The notes under the pieces were generated by a model. It was given only the letters and a program-made list of their open reading frames with translations, was not told the origin of the DNA and did no database searches. From the human T2T-CHM13v2.0 reference genome, Homo sapiens: 64,000 nucleotides of DNA. The DNA lies in the NCBI RefSeq assembly GCF_009914755.1, contig NC_060943.1; one strand, given 5' to 3'. This document shows positions 38,690 to 62,199 of the stretch, piece by piece (the stretch's first letter is position 1; the number at the start of each line of letters is the position of its first letter). Both the position numbers and the translations under genes were made by a program.

Positions 38690-39207
38690 TTATGGAAAAT
38701 TCCCAGTTGGGGAAGGCTATGTGGATGTGATAGGGTTTAGGGGAGAGAGTGCAGCACCCTCAGCTACCATGGTAGGTGCTGTCAGTTGCCTGCTCATATC
38801 TGTTTGACCACCTCAGAGGTTTTAGGCCTCTCTCCCAGCTGCCCACACTTGTTTCCTGGCCTAAGGGCTTTTTCTGGTCACTGAGGCATTTTGCCTGCCT
38901 GAGAAGCAAGATGGAAATATTGAGAAGAGCCCTCAGGAACAGCCCTCAGCATGACTAATGAGGCTTGGTGGATAAATACCCCAGCTCCGTCCCCCTGAGC
39001 TGGGCTGACTCTGCGATGCCTGCTCTCTGCTGGCCCCTAGAGGTCCCCCATGGGACTGCGTCTCAGTTGTCCACAGTGAGAACCTGTTCCTTCCCCATTT
39101 CACTCCCCTACTGCCCTATTGGGGTTTTCTGGGATTACCTCCTAGATAAATGACTTACAGTCAGATCCTTATCTCAGGGTGTCCTTCTGGGGACCCCAGT
39201 GAAGACA
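38690..39207 (+). mobile_element. LTR16-like ERVL LTR
   Basis: ggataaataccccagctcc...ctgggattacctcctagataaatgacttaca...tccttatctcagg...ttctggggaccccagtgaagaca resembles the LTR16 3' end. Confidence 0.65.
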
Positions 39208-39270
39208 CCTAGGAAATGAGCATGGGAAGGAGAGCCAACTCTAACTGGTCTTTATTTCTTTGTCACTCAG

Positions 39271-39372
39271 GGAATTTCACTGTCGGGGTCCCCTATCGAA
39301 TCACTGTGACCGCAGTCTCTGCTTCAGGCTTGGCCTCTGCATCCTCCGTCTGGGGGTTCAGGGAGGAATTAG
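39271..39372 (+). CDS. IL27RA: IL27RA exon 9
   Basis: NFTVGVPYRITVTAVSASGLASASSVWGFREEL. Confidence 0.96.
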
Positions 39373-39445
39373 GTAAGAGTGGGGCTGGAGGATGGGGGGG
39401 CTTCTGTAACCCAGGCCGACCTTGACCTACTGCCTTCCTCCCCAG

Positions 39446-39604
39446 CACCCCTAGTGGGGCCAACGCTTTGGCGACTCCAAGATGCCCCTCCAGGGACCCC
39501 CGCCATAGCGTGGGGAGAGGTCCCAAGGCACCAGCTTCGAGGCCACCTCACCCACTACACCTTGTGTGCACAGAGTGGAACCAGCCCCTCCGTCTGCATG
39601 AATG
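39446..39604 (+). CDS. IL27RA: IL27RA exon 10
   Basis: PLVGPTLWRLQDAPPGTPAIAWGEVPRHQLRGHLTHYTLC...CMN. Confidence 0.96.
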
Positions 39605-39776
39605 GTGAGCTTCCCTGCCTGCTGACCTGTCCTCCCAGCCCCCACAAGACCCACCCATCAGTCAGCCCCACCCCTTGTCCCCACGTGGGCCTCTTTGGCC
39701 CAGGGACCATACATGGTGTCCTCAATTCCCTCTTGGCTATCAATGTAACGAGCTTTCATTCGGCCATTAAAAATGA

Positions 39777-40096
<320 letters not shown>

Positions 40097-40120
40097 TGAC
40101 CTCGTGATCCACCCACCTCA

Positions 40121-40363
<243 letters not shown>

Positions 40364-40572
40364 CTACTCAGAAGGTGGCTGAGGCACTAGAATTGCTTGA
40401 ATCCGGGAGGTGGAGGTTGCAGTGAGCCAAGATCATGCAAAGACAAACTAAATAATATCTAAGCAGTGTATGAGATGGTGATAAGTGCTGAGTAGAGAAT
40501 GAAGCAAGGGGCTGGGCAAGGTGGCTCACACCTATAATCCCAGCACTTTTGGAGGCCGAGGTGGGCAGATCA

Positions 40573-40779
<207 letters not shown>

Positions 40780-41047
40780 TTACAGAGCGAGACTTCATGT
40801 CAAAAAAAAAAAAAAAAAAAGAGAATCAAACAAGGAAGGTGGGTGGTGAAGGGGGTGCAATTTCAAATAGAGCGGGGTCAAGGAAAGCCTCACGGAAGAG
40901 GTGACCTTTGAGCAAAGACCTAAAAGAGATGAGGAGGGAGCCATGTGGATACCTGGGAGAGAGTGTTGCAGACAGCAGGAAGAGCACATGCAAAGGCCCT
41001 GTGGTAGGCTTGACCACCTCCCCAACTTCTTTGGTTGTGTTCTCCAG

Positions 41048-41173
41048 TGAGTGGCAACACACAGAGTGTCACCCTGCCTGACCTTCCTTGGGGTCCCTGT
41101 GAGCTGTGGGTGACAGCATCTACCATCGCTGGACAGGGCCCTCCTGGTCCCATCCTCCGGCTTCATCTACCAG
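41048..41173 (+). CDS. IL27RA: IL27RA exon 11
   Basis: SGNTQSVTLPDLPWGPCELWVTASTIAGQGPPGPILRLHLP. Confidence 0.96.
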
Positions 41174-41261
41174 GTAGGGGGGTTGGGATGGGATTGCCAC
41201 AGGGAGGGGATGTACTCCACAGTGGGGAGAGGTAGCATCTGGAGTCATTACTTGGAAGCTA

Positions 41262-41372
<111 letters not shown>

Positions 41373-41615
41373 CTACAAAAAATAAAACAATTAGCTGGAT
41401 GTGGTAGCATGCGCCTGCGGTCCCAGCTCCTGGAGAAGCTGAGGCTCGAGGATCGCTTGAGCCCAGGAGTTGGAGGCTGCAGTACACGGATTACACCACT
41501 GCGCTCCAGCCTGGGCAACAAAGCAAGACCCTGTCTTTAAAAAATTAAGAATTGCCAGGCACAGTGGCTCACGCCTGTAATCTCAGCACTTTGGGAGGCC
41601 GAGGCGGGTGGATCA

Positions 41616-42089
<474 letters not shown>

Positions 42090-42169
42090 TCACATTCATG
42101 AACCCTGCACCCTGGGCTGGGGCATCTGGCCATCTGGATCTGCTGCCCTGACTACTCCTGTCTTGCCAG

Positions 42170-42263
42170 GTGCTACCACCTAAGGCACAAAGTGCTGCCC
42201 CGCTGGGTCTGGGAGAAAGTTCCTGATCCTGCCAACAGCAGTTCAGGCCAGCCCCACATGGAG
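42170..42263 (+). CDS. IL27RA: IL27RA exon 13 (Box1 JAK-binding motif)
   Basis: CYHLRHKVLPRWVWEKVPDPANSSSGQPHME. Confidence 0.96.
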
Positions 42264-42385
42264 GTGAGTCAAAGGGCCGGCTAGTCGGAGCCCTCTGGGG
42301 GACTGGGGAGTCCTGGGGCAGTGGGGAGGGGGTGAGGTGTGGGTCGGGGAGGCTGGGGCAGGATTACAGGCTCATCTCTTCCCAG

Positions 42386-42580
42386 CAAGTACCTGAGGCC
42401 CAGCCCCTTGGGGACTTGCCCATCCTGGAAGTGGAGGAGATGGAGCCCCCGCCGGTTATGGAGTCCTCCCAGCCCGCCCAGGCCACCGCCCCGCTTGACT
42501 CTGGGTATGAGAAGCACTTCCTGCCCACACCTGAGGAGCTGGGCCTTCTGGGGCCCCCCAGGCCACAGGTTCTGGCCTGA
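42386..42580 (+). CDS. IL27RA: IL27RA exon 14, C-terminus with GYEKHF STAT-docking tyrosine
   Basis: QVPEAQPLGDLPILEVEEME...SGYEKHFLPTPEELGLLGPPRPQVLA-TGA; total CDS 1911 nt = 636 aa. Confidence 0.97.
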   Translation, partial: QVPEAQPLGDLPILEVEEMEPPPVMESSQPAQATAPLDSGYEKHFLPTPEELGLLGPPRPQVLA

Positions 42581-42824
42581 ACCACACGTCTGGCTGGGGG
42601 CTGCCAGCCAGGCTAGAGGGATGCTCATGCAGGTTGCACCCCAGTCCTGGATTAGCCCTCTTGATGGATGAAGACACTGAGGACTCAGAGAGGCTGAGTC
42701 ACTTACCTGAGGACACCCAGCCAGGCAGAGCTGGGATTGAAGGACCCCTATAGAGAAGGGCTTGGCCCCCATGGGGAAGACACGGATGGAAGGTGGAGCA
42801 AAGGAAAATACATGAAATTGAGAG

Positions 42825-43564
42825 TGGCAGCTGCCTGCCAAAATCTGTTCCGCTGTAACAGAACTGAATTTGGACCCCAGCACAGTGGCTCACGCCTGTA
42901 ATCCCAGCACTTTGGCAGGCCAAGGTGGAAGGATCACTTAGAGCTAGGAGTTTGAGACCAGCCTGGGCAATATAGCAAGACCCCTCACTACAAAAATAAA
43001 ACATCAAAAACAAAAACAATTAGCTGGGCATGATGGCACACACCTGTAGTCCGAGCCACTTGGGAGGCTGAGGTGGGAGGATCGGTTGAGCCCAGGAGTT
43101 CGAAGCTGCAGGGACCTCTGATTGCACCACTGCACTCCAGGCTGGGTAACAGAATGAGACCTTATCTCAAAAATAAACAAACTAATAAAAAGCAAAAAAA
43201 AAAAAAAAAGAAAAGAAAAAACACTGCATTTGGGCACCATCTCAGCTCCCTTGCATCCAGGTGCAGCATGGACTGAGTTCTTGACAACAGAATGTGGTCA
43301 GAAGTGACATATGCCAACACGGGGTCTGGGTGGGGGCTCCCCCACATCCTTTCCTTGCCTATGAGCTGGAACATAACACATGCCTATGATCCAGCTTTGG
43401 TCATACCCAAGGGGAAGGTGGAGCAAGAAATGAAAAGGAACCTGAATCCCTGAATGACTGCATGGATAGAACCACTAAGAAAAATAAACTTTTATATTTT
43501 TATAGCTACTGTAGCTTTGAGGTCTTTTTGTTACAGCAGCTCAATCTATACTCTCACTGATTCA
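42825..43564 (+). mobile_element. MLT1 (MLT1J-like) LTR in the IL27RA 3'UTR, interrupted by a sense Alu (~42876-43221)
   Basis: cagctcccttgca...gactgagttct...agaatgtggtcagaagtgacat...aataaactt...tttttgttacagcagc...ctgattca typical of MLT1. Confidence 0.7.
43483..43488 (+). terminator. IL27RA: Likely IL27RA poly(A) signal AATAAA
   Basis: AATAAA followed by U-rich downstream sequence; first non-Alu hexamer after the stop. Confidence 0.65.
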
Positions 43565-43672
43565 TAATCTTTGACTGTAGCAGGGTTAAGCCTCAAATTT
43601 CCCACCAGGAGATGACGCTGTGATTCTGTGCTGACTACACACACATTCAAGCCGTCTTGAGTGCTTTCACAT

Positions 43673-43678
43673 TTTATT
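43673..43678 (-). terminator. PALM3: PALM3 poly(A) signal AATAAA
   Basis: TTTATT on + strand ~220 nt past the PALM3 stop codon. Confidence 0.75.
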
Positions 43679-43894
43679 TTCAAGTATAAAGGCTTCATCG
43701 CAGAAGGAGGCCAGGGTTACAGGCAGTGGGCAAGGGGTCTGGAAGCCCAGGTTTAGGTGGACGTGCAGGCTAGCTGGCTCCCAGGTGCCATGGCCAGTCC
43801 TGTGGTCCCTGTCTGTGCCTGGGACCCTCTTCTGGGTGCCAAGAGGCCGAGGTAGCTGTGAGAGGAGCTGGACATGGGGTGGAGGGGCATGGGT

Positions 43895-45516
43895 TCACAT
43901 GACCGCACAACACTGGCACGTCTTTTGCTTAGGGCCACTTGCCTCTTCACCCTCGGTGGGGGCAGATGGCTCAGGCTGCCGGGCAGGCGCGTAGGTGGGC
44001 ACAGGGTGGGCACTGGGGTTGGCGCTGGGCCCCTCCCCCTGAAGCAGTGGCTGGCATTCGGCGGGCTGCTCTGGGGCTGGGGTCTCTGCCAGAAGAGGTG
44101 TGGCATCCCCCAAGGGGCCTTGGCCCTCAGCAGCGGTTTGGGGCTTCACTCCTTCCTCCTCCAGGGCTCCTACTGGCTTCTCCTGGGGCTGGGGTCCTTC
44201 CTTCTCTGGCCTTGTCTCCGTGTTAGCCTCAAGGGGAGGCCCTGCCTCATTCATCTCCTCTGCCTGGGATTCACTTCCTTCCCTAGACCCTTGTTCTAGA
44301 TTCAGATCTCCCTCCGTCCCTTGGGTCTTCTCTGTCTCCAATGATTCCTCACCTCCCCTTTTCTCTGCCTCCAGTGTCTCCTCCCCTCCCTTTCTCTCTG
44401 CCTCCAGTGGTTCTTTGGTTGCCTCTGGCTCTTCCTCACCTCCTTTCTTCTCTACTCCCAATGGTTCTTCTACCTCCTCCTCCTCTGCCCCTCGCTTTTC
44501 CTCATCTCCTTCCTTCTCTGCCCTCAAATGTCCCTCAACTTTTCTCTCTATGCCCAGTGGTTCCTCACCTCCTTCCCTCTCTGTTCCCAGCTTTTCTGCA
44601 CTTCCTCTGCTCTCCAGCTCCAACTTCTTCTCTCCTCCTTTCCTCTCTACCACTGGTGACATCTCCGCTTCATCCCTCCCTCTCCCTGGCTTTTCCTCAC
44701 TTCCTATTCCCATGGATTCTTCCGCTTTTCTCTTCTCTGCCTCCCAGGTCTCCTCGCCTCCTCCCGTCTTGGCCCCCTCGGCCCCCAGCGGGCTTTCATC
44801 TCCTCTCTCCCTCCCTGCCACCTCGGGCCCTTCCAACCCCTCCACCAGCAGCTCCTCCCACTCTTCACTGAGGGTCACTCTCTCCACCCAAATGAAGGAT
44901 CCCTCCTCTCCTCCAGAGCCTCCCTGCCCATCACCCTCAGGGCTGCCCTGGGGCACATCTTCCCCTTCTATGGAAGCTGCTGCCTCTAATCTCTCCTGGA
45001 GCCTAGGCGAGCTAGTCTGCACGACCTCAGGGACCCTGCCTATCTCCCCCATGGCCTCTGCATCACTGCCACCCACCCCCTCCCAGACCACCTCCACGAT
45101 GCCCCTGTCCTCCTTCACCCAGGCCGGGAGCTCCAGGCTACCAGCTCCCTTCCTGTCTCCGATGGCTTCCAGCACCACTTCCTCCACCTTAGCCTCCAGC
45201 TCGGGGCCCGTGGCCCCTGTGGCACAGTCCTCTGTGGCCCTCAGCCCTTCCCACACCACACTCACCACGCCCCCTCCTTTGGCCTCACCCACCCGCCCTT
45301 CGGATGGCACTGCCCTCTGACTTAGCCCCTGCTCTGGAGTGGGGATGGGGCTGGGGCATGGGCCATTGGCTTCTGAGGAGTCTCCTGCTGCCCCGGGGAC
45401 CTGCCTCGGGCCTGGCAGAAACCCCAAGACATCCTCCCTGGGCTCAGAGGGGGACTCTGGAGGCGTGCCCACTAGTCCAGCCGGCAGGGAGGCTCTCTTG
45501 TTCAGATCAGTCTGGC
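43895..45516 (-). CDS. PALM3: Paralemmin-3 last exon (acidic region, C-terminal CQCCAVM CaaX/palmitoylation motif)
   Basis: QTDLNKRASLPAG...KQKTCQCCAVM-TGA; acceptor at 45517-45518. Confidence 0.96.
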
Positions 45517-45669
45517 CTGGGGGAGTCAGAGGTGGAGGGGAGAGGACAAAAGGGAAGACAGGGTTAAGATGGAACAAAAGGACTGCCATCCACACTCCCC
45601 TTGAGTCACCCTCTCACACCCAGGCTCTGGGGTGACCTGACCCCCAGACCTAGGGGCTCCCACACTTAC

Positions 45670-45715
45670 CTACAGAACCTGCCTCGACAATGGACTGGGA
45701 GAGAGGACGGTGACC
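45670..45715 (-). CDS. PALM3: PALM3 exon 6
   Basis: GHRPLSQSIVEAGSV; CAG acceptor, GTAAGT donor. Confidence 0.9.
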
Positions 45716-46037
45716 CTGCAGAGATGGCGGAGACAAGGTCAGGCTGGCCCTCATCCCCACCTCCAGCCTCCCTGCATGCTAGGCTCCCACCCCACCACCC
45801 CTAAATACCCTCAGTGGCTCTCTATTACCTTCAGGATCAAACTCCACATTGTACCTCTGCCTTCCTCATCTATCTTATTGCCCTATGTTCCAGGGCCTTG
45901 CACACAGTAGGTGCTTAAACAATACTGCATTCCCATAGCCAATCTGTATTAGGGGCCTACTTTGTCAGTTACTGGTTACCATGCACAAGGGACACTTAAG
46001 CCTTTTGTTTTTGGCACTTACATTCCAATCAACATAA

Positions 46038-46520
<483 letters not shown>

Positions 46521-46718
46521 TAGAGATGGGAAAACTAAGGCTTGGAAAAGGAAATTGACTTGCCAAGACCACAGAGCAAAGTAAAAGCGGGAAGCGGATC
46601 TGAATGCAGACCTAGTGGCCAGGCTGCCCTTGGAGAAAGCTGCATTCCTGATTCCATGTCCTGCCTTGAGGCCTGCTGGCCATGCCCTCCCATCCCACTC
46701 CCCTGATTCCCCCCTCAC

Positions 46719-46803
46719 CTGTCTGCGCCAGCTGGGCCTGCCTGAGGGCTTGTGCTGGGCACCTGTGGAAGCACTTTGCAACAGTTGCAGCTGGGACTGG
46801 AGT
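46719..46803 (-). CDS. PALM3: PALM3 exon 5
   Basis: LQSQLQLLQSASTGAQHKPSGRPSWRRQ. Confidence 0.93.
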
Positions 46804-46951
46804 CTGAAGAAGAGAGAGGGCTGCTAGGAGCTGGGCCCCCAGGCTCCTTGGGCTCCTAGACTCAAGCGACCACCTCCTTGGAATGTGCCCAGGGTCTCGA
46901 TCTCACCCAGCTGGGGCAGGGTTCGGGCAGAGCTAGAAGGTCTCCACTCAC

Positions 46952-47094
46952 GTGAACAAACTGTCTTCCAGGTTCCGGATTCGGGCCTGAGCCTGGCCCT
47001 CGGGTGACTGGGGGTCCTTCGAGGTGGGGTCTTCGGATGGCTCTGGCACTGCAGCTGCCCCATCCATTAGCCAACGTTCCCGGAGAGACTTCCT
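46952..47094 (-). CDS. PALM3: PALM3 exon 4
   Basis: RKSLRERWLMDG...ARIRNLEDSLF; paralemmin-family K(S/A)LRE(R/K)WL motif. Confidence 0.95.
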
Positions 47095-47599
47095 CTGGGC
47101 AGGGGAAGGGAGTTGGGGCTGGGCATACAGACTACCCCGGTCCATGTAAAGTCCCCTCCCGACCTCTGCAGGCTGGGCAGGTATCTTATCACCACCTCAC
47201 AACCAGTTGCGACATACATCAGGCTGGGATACATGGCCACAGTGCCCCCCAACGCTGCAAGTGGGCAGACATCCCTTGTTCCAAACCCTTCCAAAATGAA
47301 ACGGGCACTTCCAAAGTGAAATCAATGTCCCTCCCTACTGGCCCCTCCCTACCCCAAAGCTAGACTTCGGCTCCTCTCCATCTCCCCCAAATTGGGACAA
47401 ACAGCATCACTGTCCCAGACTTTTCCCCAAATGGAACAAATGTCCCCATGACCACCCCACTTCGTCCCTCCCAGGCTGGGAAAGACATACCCCGCCCCGG
47501 CCAAGCTGGAACCAACGCCCCCAACTGCCCGCTCCCCCCCAAAAATTGGACAGAGGCTCCTATCGTCCCCCAAACCGACTTGCACAGACACCCCCCACT

Positions 47600-48000
47600 C
47601 CATTCCCCAGGCTAGGCAGGCGCCCCCGCCCGCCCCCAACCTTGAGACGCTCCACGCGGAGTTTCTCCTCCTCCACCTCCCGGCGCGCGGCGCGGATCTC
47701 CTCCTGCAGCCGCCGCTTCTCCTGCGCACAGAGGACCCGGAGCTGCCCGCCGGCCGGGCGCGGCCTCCACCACCTCCTCTTCCCTCCCTTTCCCCTCCCT
47801 CCTCCGCGGGGCTCACCGGAGCTCCCGGGGCTCCCGAGGCAGCGAGCCCGGCGGGGGTGGCCCAGCGCGGGTCTGCACCCAGGGCGGGGAGGGGGCTGCG
47901 GAGGCGCTGACTCAGCGGCGGGCGGAGTGGGGGGGGCGGGGCGGGGGCGGGGCCGGCCGCGCCCGGGATGCTGCGGAGGCCTCGCCCGCGCCCAATGGGG
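47600..48000. promoter_or_regulatory. Intragenic CpG island in PALM3 with GC boxes and an AP-1/MARE-like palindrome
   Basis: High CpG; CGCTGACTCAGCG 47905-47917; tandem GGGGCGGGG; CCAAT ~47992. Confidence 0.7.
47641..47721 (-). CDS. PALM3: PALM3 exon 3
   Basis: EKRRLQEEIRAARREVEEEKLRVERLK coiled coil. Confidence 0.94.
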
Positions 48001-48087
48001 GTCTGTGGATGGGGGGTGTAGGGGGTGGGGCCTTGGGACAGCTATCGGGGGAGGGGCAGAGCTGGGGAGCTCCGAGATACGAGGTTA

Positions 48088-49020
<933 letters not shown>

Positions 49021-49404
49021 AGAGAGACGAGGAAGTCAGGGATGAAAGTTCCCAAGGAAGGACTGTCAGGATGGGGGCTCCGAGGTAGGGAGATTTGAGA
49101 GATAGCGGTCTGATAAAAGGCGGTCCGAGAGATGCGGCTCAGGCATGGGGTTTTTGGGAGGCTGGGGTTCAGGAATGAGGCATAGCCGATGCAGGCTCTG
49201 GAAGTGTGGGGGCCACAGCTCCCCATTCTGAGGGTGGTAGTGACCAGACAGGAACTGGGGGGCAGAGGGGGCTGGAGAATTGGTGTGGGGAGCCCTGGGC
49301 GGGGCTGGAGCTGAGGGCGCTCTCCGCAGAGATGACGGAGAGACGAGAAGGGAGCATGGTGGAAAGTTTGGGGGTGCCCAGGGCGCGGGGAGGGCGTCAC
49401 TTAC

Positions 49405-49453
49405 AGCGATGACTTCTAGCCGCTGCCGGTAGAGGGAGCTCTCCGCCATGGGC
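49405..49453 (-). CDS. PALM3: PALM3 exon 2 (contains downstream ATG 49449: MAESSLYRQRLEVIA)
   Basis: Paralemmin N-terminal motif; CAG acceptor, GTAAGT donor. Confidence 0.93.
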
Positions 49454-50047
49454 CTGTTGGGAGAGGGCAGGGGCTTCGAGGGGCTCCCATCTTGAACGCC
49501 CCCCTCTTGGCCAAGATCCCTGAGCAGTATGGAAATTGCCCCGAGCCCAGCACTTTGCCTCTGTTTCCCCTTTGCACCTGGGAAGAGTCTGGGCGGGGGG
49601 CGAGGGTCTTGGGAGGGGAACTGAGCAGTGACCACGACTGGTGAGGCTAAAGCCCTCCCTAAATCTGGCTTTGTCTCTCTCAGCCTCAGTTTCCTCATCT
49701 GTAAGATGGGCAGGAATAGCTTGACCACCCTGTCCTTGCCACCCCCGATCTCAGAGGACGCTTGCAAGGAGCTATTCATGCAGGGAAAAGCTTAGGGTAC
49801 AGTGCTACAAAAATAGTCCCATTGTTTATGAATAATCATAATTTATATAATTCCATGATGAATAATATGTATGATTAATTATAATAACCATCTCCAGTCC
49901 AACCTGCAGAAACTCTCAAATGCCACCAGGCCCCTAACAGGCTGTGTGCCTCTTTCTCTTCCCAGTCCCACACCCTCTCTGGACCTCAGCTCCTACCCAG
50001 AATTTCTCAAGCGCTGGGGGGGCAAGCGAGTCTGTGGCCCTCCCACT

Positions 50048-50061
50048 GTTGCCATGGTAAC
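50048..50061. promoter_or_regulatory. RFX X-box GTTGCCATGGTAAC
   Basis: Near-perfect 14-bp palindromic X-box in PALM3 intron 1. Confidence 0.6.
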
Positions 50062-51070
50062 CCCAGAGCTGCCTCCTCCACCTGCTAACCCCCCTCCCTG
50101 GGGACAAGGATCACTGGGTCACTCTGCCTAGGACTGGACTCTGAGCTGGGAGGAGGGGGACTTGCCATTTAAGGTTTAACTCGAGATTCCCCTGTCATTG
50201 TCTTCCTCAAAACATCTCTACTTCTCAGCCTCCAGAGTGGCCTCTGGACCCACTTAGGCTCCCGTGGAAGCTGGAGGGTGACTGTCATACTGCAGGATGA
50301 TTAGGGACAGTCAGTGTCACACCAACCTTATCAACACAGACATGCATTGGGCACCCCTGACTATGTTGCTATGTTGACCACGTGTCACAGGCCAGTATCT
50401 AGAAAGCGATGTCTCTCTGCCTGTCATCTCCACCGGCATGGACGGGCGCTGATCAAACCCTCAAACATTTATTAATTTGAACAGTCACCCTACTGGGTAA
50501 GCCTCATTGCCTGAACTCCAGCTAGGACCTTCCAGATCTTCTGTGGCCACAACGTGAAGGCTATTAGCACTTATAGTGCTATATATATGATATATATATA
50601 CTATATATAGCATATAGTGTTCTAAGTGCCCCACGGGGTTTCCGCTAGGTTCCCACAGCCACCTCTGCCTCCCCCTCCCTGCCTCTATCATGACACAGTG
50701 GAGTCAACTCTTTGCTGAGTTGACATTCCAGCTAAGAACAAAATCAGCCAACCATTAGCTAGCCCGTAACACGTGCCAGGTGCAATGTAATTCACTGAAT
50801 CCTCCCAACGACTCTAGGAGGTAAGCTATATGAATGTGTCCATTTTATGGATGGGAAAACTGAGGTTCTGAGAAGTGGCAGCAGTGTCCAAGGTCATGGA
50901 GCCAAGATCAGAACTTGAAGCTATCAGATCCAAAATACTGAGAACACAGCTGGCGAGGGGGGTGGGGGTGCAGGTCTAGGAATCCCCATCAAGGTAGCTA
51001 AGAGAGCAGCCTGGAGACCCTGAATGCTGTTTGGGGCAAGGAATTGAAGTCATGCTCTTTCTTTTTTTGA

Positions 51071-51178
<108 letters not shown>

Positions 51179-52229
51179 TAGCTGAGATTACAGGCGTGCA
51201 CCACCAAGCCCGGCTAATTTTTGTATTTTTAGTACAGATGGGGTTTCACCATACTGGCCAGGCTGGTCTCGAACTCCTGACCTCAGGTGATCTGCCCGCC
51301 TCGGCCTCCCAAAGTGCTGGGATTACAGGCGTGAGCCACCGTGCCCGGCCACGAAGTCATGCTTTGCAAGATATCCCAAAGGAAGCCCAGATTCTGTGCT
51401 TATAGGTTTGCCCCTGGGGGAGGGCTGAAGTCCCGTGGTCTCCTGTACCACCCCCAAGATGTAATCTCCCTGCCTCTTCCTTGCTGGGGGGGATCGGGTT
51501 CCCATTGCTAAGCAACCAGGTTTGTAGTTGGTGAATAATGCAATGGAGGACCTAGAAGGGTGAGGAACCGAATTGGGGTCCCTAGTGTGGGGGGAAGCCC
51601 CTTTTCCAAAACTCTTTCCAAACCTCTGAAGCCCCCTCTACCCTTTTAACCTTAAAAAACTCTCACCCCTCAGCTATGAAAAGACTTCACACACCCCATT
51701 CCATCTTGCTTATCTCTAACTAACTCTGGAAGAACAACGTAGGCGGCCTGGGCTTCTGGCCACCCGCAAGAGTTGGTGGCCATTTCATGAAGGAGGTCAT
51801 CCTTGCAATGTTGCCATTGTCTTTCTCAGGCTGGGAGCTTTTAACTTCTGTTGGATCTCAAGCCTTTTCTCCCACCTTGGACACTGACTTTAGGGGCAAA
51901 ACGTGGAACCCAGTGACCCTGACCTTCCCCACTCCCTGCACCACAGCAGTAGCCCCACCCCCTGGCTGGACTTTGGGTTCTCAGCCCTGGCAGCGGAAAA
52001 TCCCCGAAGAGGAAGGGGCAGGGGGAGCCTATATCTCTCTCCCACCCCTTGACTCTTTAAGGAAGGGTGACACTGATGAGCCTATGGGGTTGGCTAGCCA
52101 ACCCCTCCACTCCCCGGGTCCCCTTAGGAGAGACCACTGGAGCTCTCGGCTCCCAGACAAGGCCAGCATCCCCCATGAGCCCCTCCCAAGGCCCTGCCCA
52201 CCAGCCCCCCTGACCCCCCAGACACTTAC

Positions 52230-52270
52230 ATGGGTGTGGCCAGAGACCACACCTGGCTCTGCAGGGCCAT
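52230..52270 (-). CDS. PALM3: PALM3 exon 1 coding part (MALQSQVWSLATP)
   Basis: ATG 52270; GTAAGT donor in phase 2 joins exon 2 in frame; total 2067 nt = 688 aa. Confidence 0.8.
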
Positions 52271-52719
52271 CTCTGCCCAGAAGTTCACTTTCTGGTCTCC
52301 GAGTTCTGGACCCACCACCCGCTTGCCTGAAGGTGCCCCGGAGGCTGTGACTTGGCTGCCTGGAGTGGGGGGGGGCTGCGGGCGGGCACCGGGAGAGCAG
52401 GTCCAGCGGGTTTGGGCCAGGGAGGCGGTAGGCACACCAGAGAGGGGGGCTGGGGGCTGGAGGGCAGTTCTGGGGAGGTACTATCAGCTGTCCTGATAAA
52501 TTATTCACCAGCCTCTGGCCTCTTTGTTGCACTCAGCTGCCTCCCGGAAAACACTTTCACACACGCGTGGTCAAGCGTGGGGGTGAGAGTACTGAGTCGG
52601 TGACTCCCCCTGCCACCAGAGAATGGCATTTCTACTTGGCACCCCAATCATCTTGAGTCTGACTGCCTGCCAAGACTCACCCACAGGAGAGCACCATTGC
52701 ATAGCACACAGGCTGGAGA

Positions 52720-60090
<7,371 letters not shown>

Positions 60091-60319
60091 CCTTGGCTTC
60101 ACTCTCCTCTCTTTCATCAGGTGACCCCAAGGAAGCCAGAGGGGAAGGAAGGTGAAACAGAAGTCTGAGAAGGGGTGCTTGTGAAGTAGAAGGAAATCAG
60201 GAGGGGGTGGTGTACCCAAAGACCAAGGAGCTAATGAAGAGGAGGACAGGGAATGAAGTCAGTGATTGAATCTGCCAAACGGACATCATAGGTGCTCTTG
60301 TCAGAAAAAGCTCCCAGAA

Positions 60320-61664
<1,345 letters not shown>

Positions 61665-61814
61665 TGTTCCCGTGAAAGGGGGCCAAGAACCCAGCCCAGT
61701 TGGCATGGCTGGAGGAAGGACCAGGAGATGATGCAGTGGGGAAGGTGCTATAGAGAAAACTTTTTCCCAGAAGTATACAGCTTATTTATTTATTTATTTA
61801 TTTATTTATTTTGA

Positions 61815-61979
<165 letters not shown>

Positions 61980-62199
61980 TAGTAGAGACGGGGTTTGGCC
62001 ATGCTGGCCAGGCTGGTTTCGAACTGCTGACCTCAGGTGATCCTCCCGCCTCGGCCTCTCAAAGTGCTGGCATCACGGGCATGAGCCTCCATGCCCGGCC
62101 GGTAACTGTATTTTTCCTTCTGGGCACCCCAGAATGGTGGGGTTGGGGGCAGGTTCTGGGAAGAGTCTGCTTCCATTAGGGGGAAAGTGGAAAACGTCC

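Noticed and set aside
44100-45320. 406-aa Ser-rich ORF antisense to PALM3
   Set aside because: Mirror of the Glu/Gly purine-rich PALM3 codons; no independent promoter or splice evidence seen
45517-45595. N-terminus MWMAVLLFHL... of the 566-aa ORF
   Set aside because: Intronic pyrimidine tract upstream of the PALM3 last-exon acceptor
52481-52500. GATA/E-box cluster (CTATCAGCTGTCCTGATAA) upstream of PALM3
   Set aside because: Spacing does not fit the canonical TAL1-GATA composite, and short motifs alone are weak evidence
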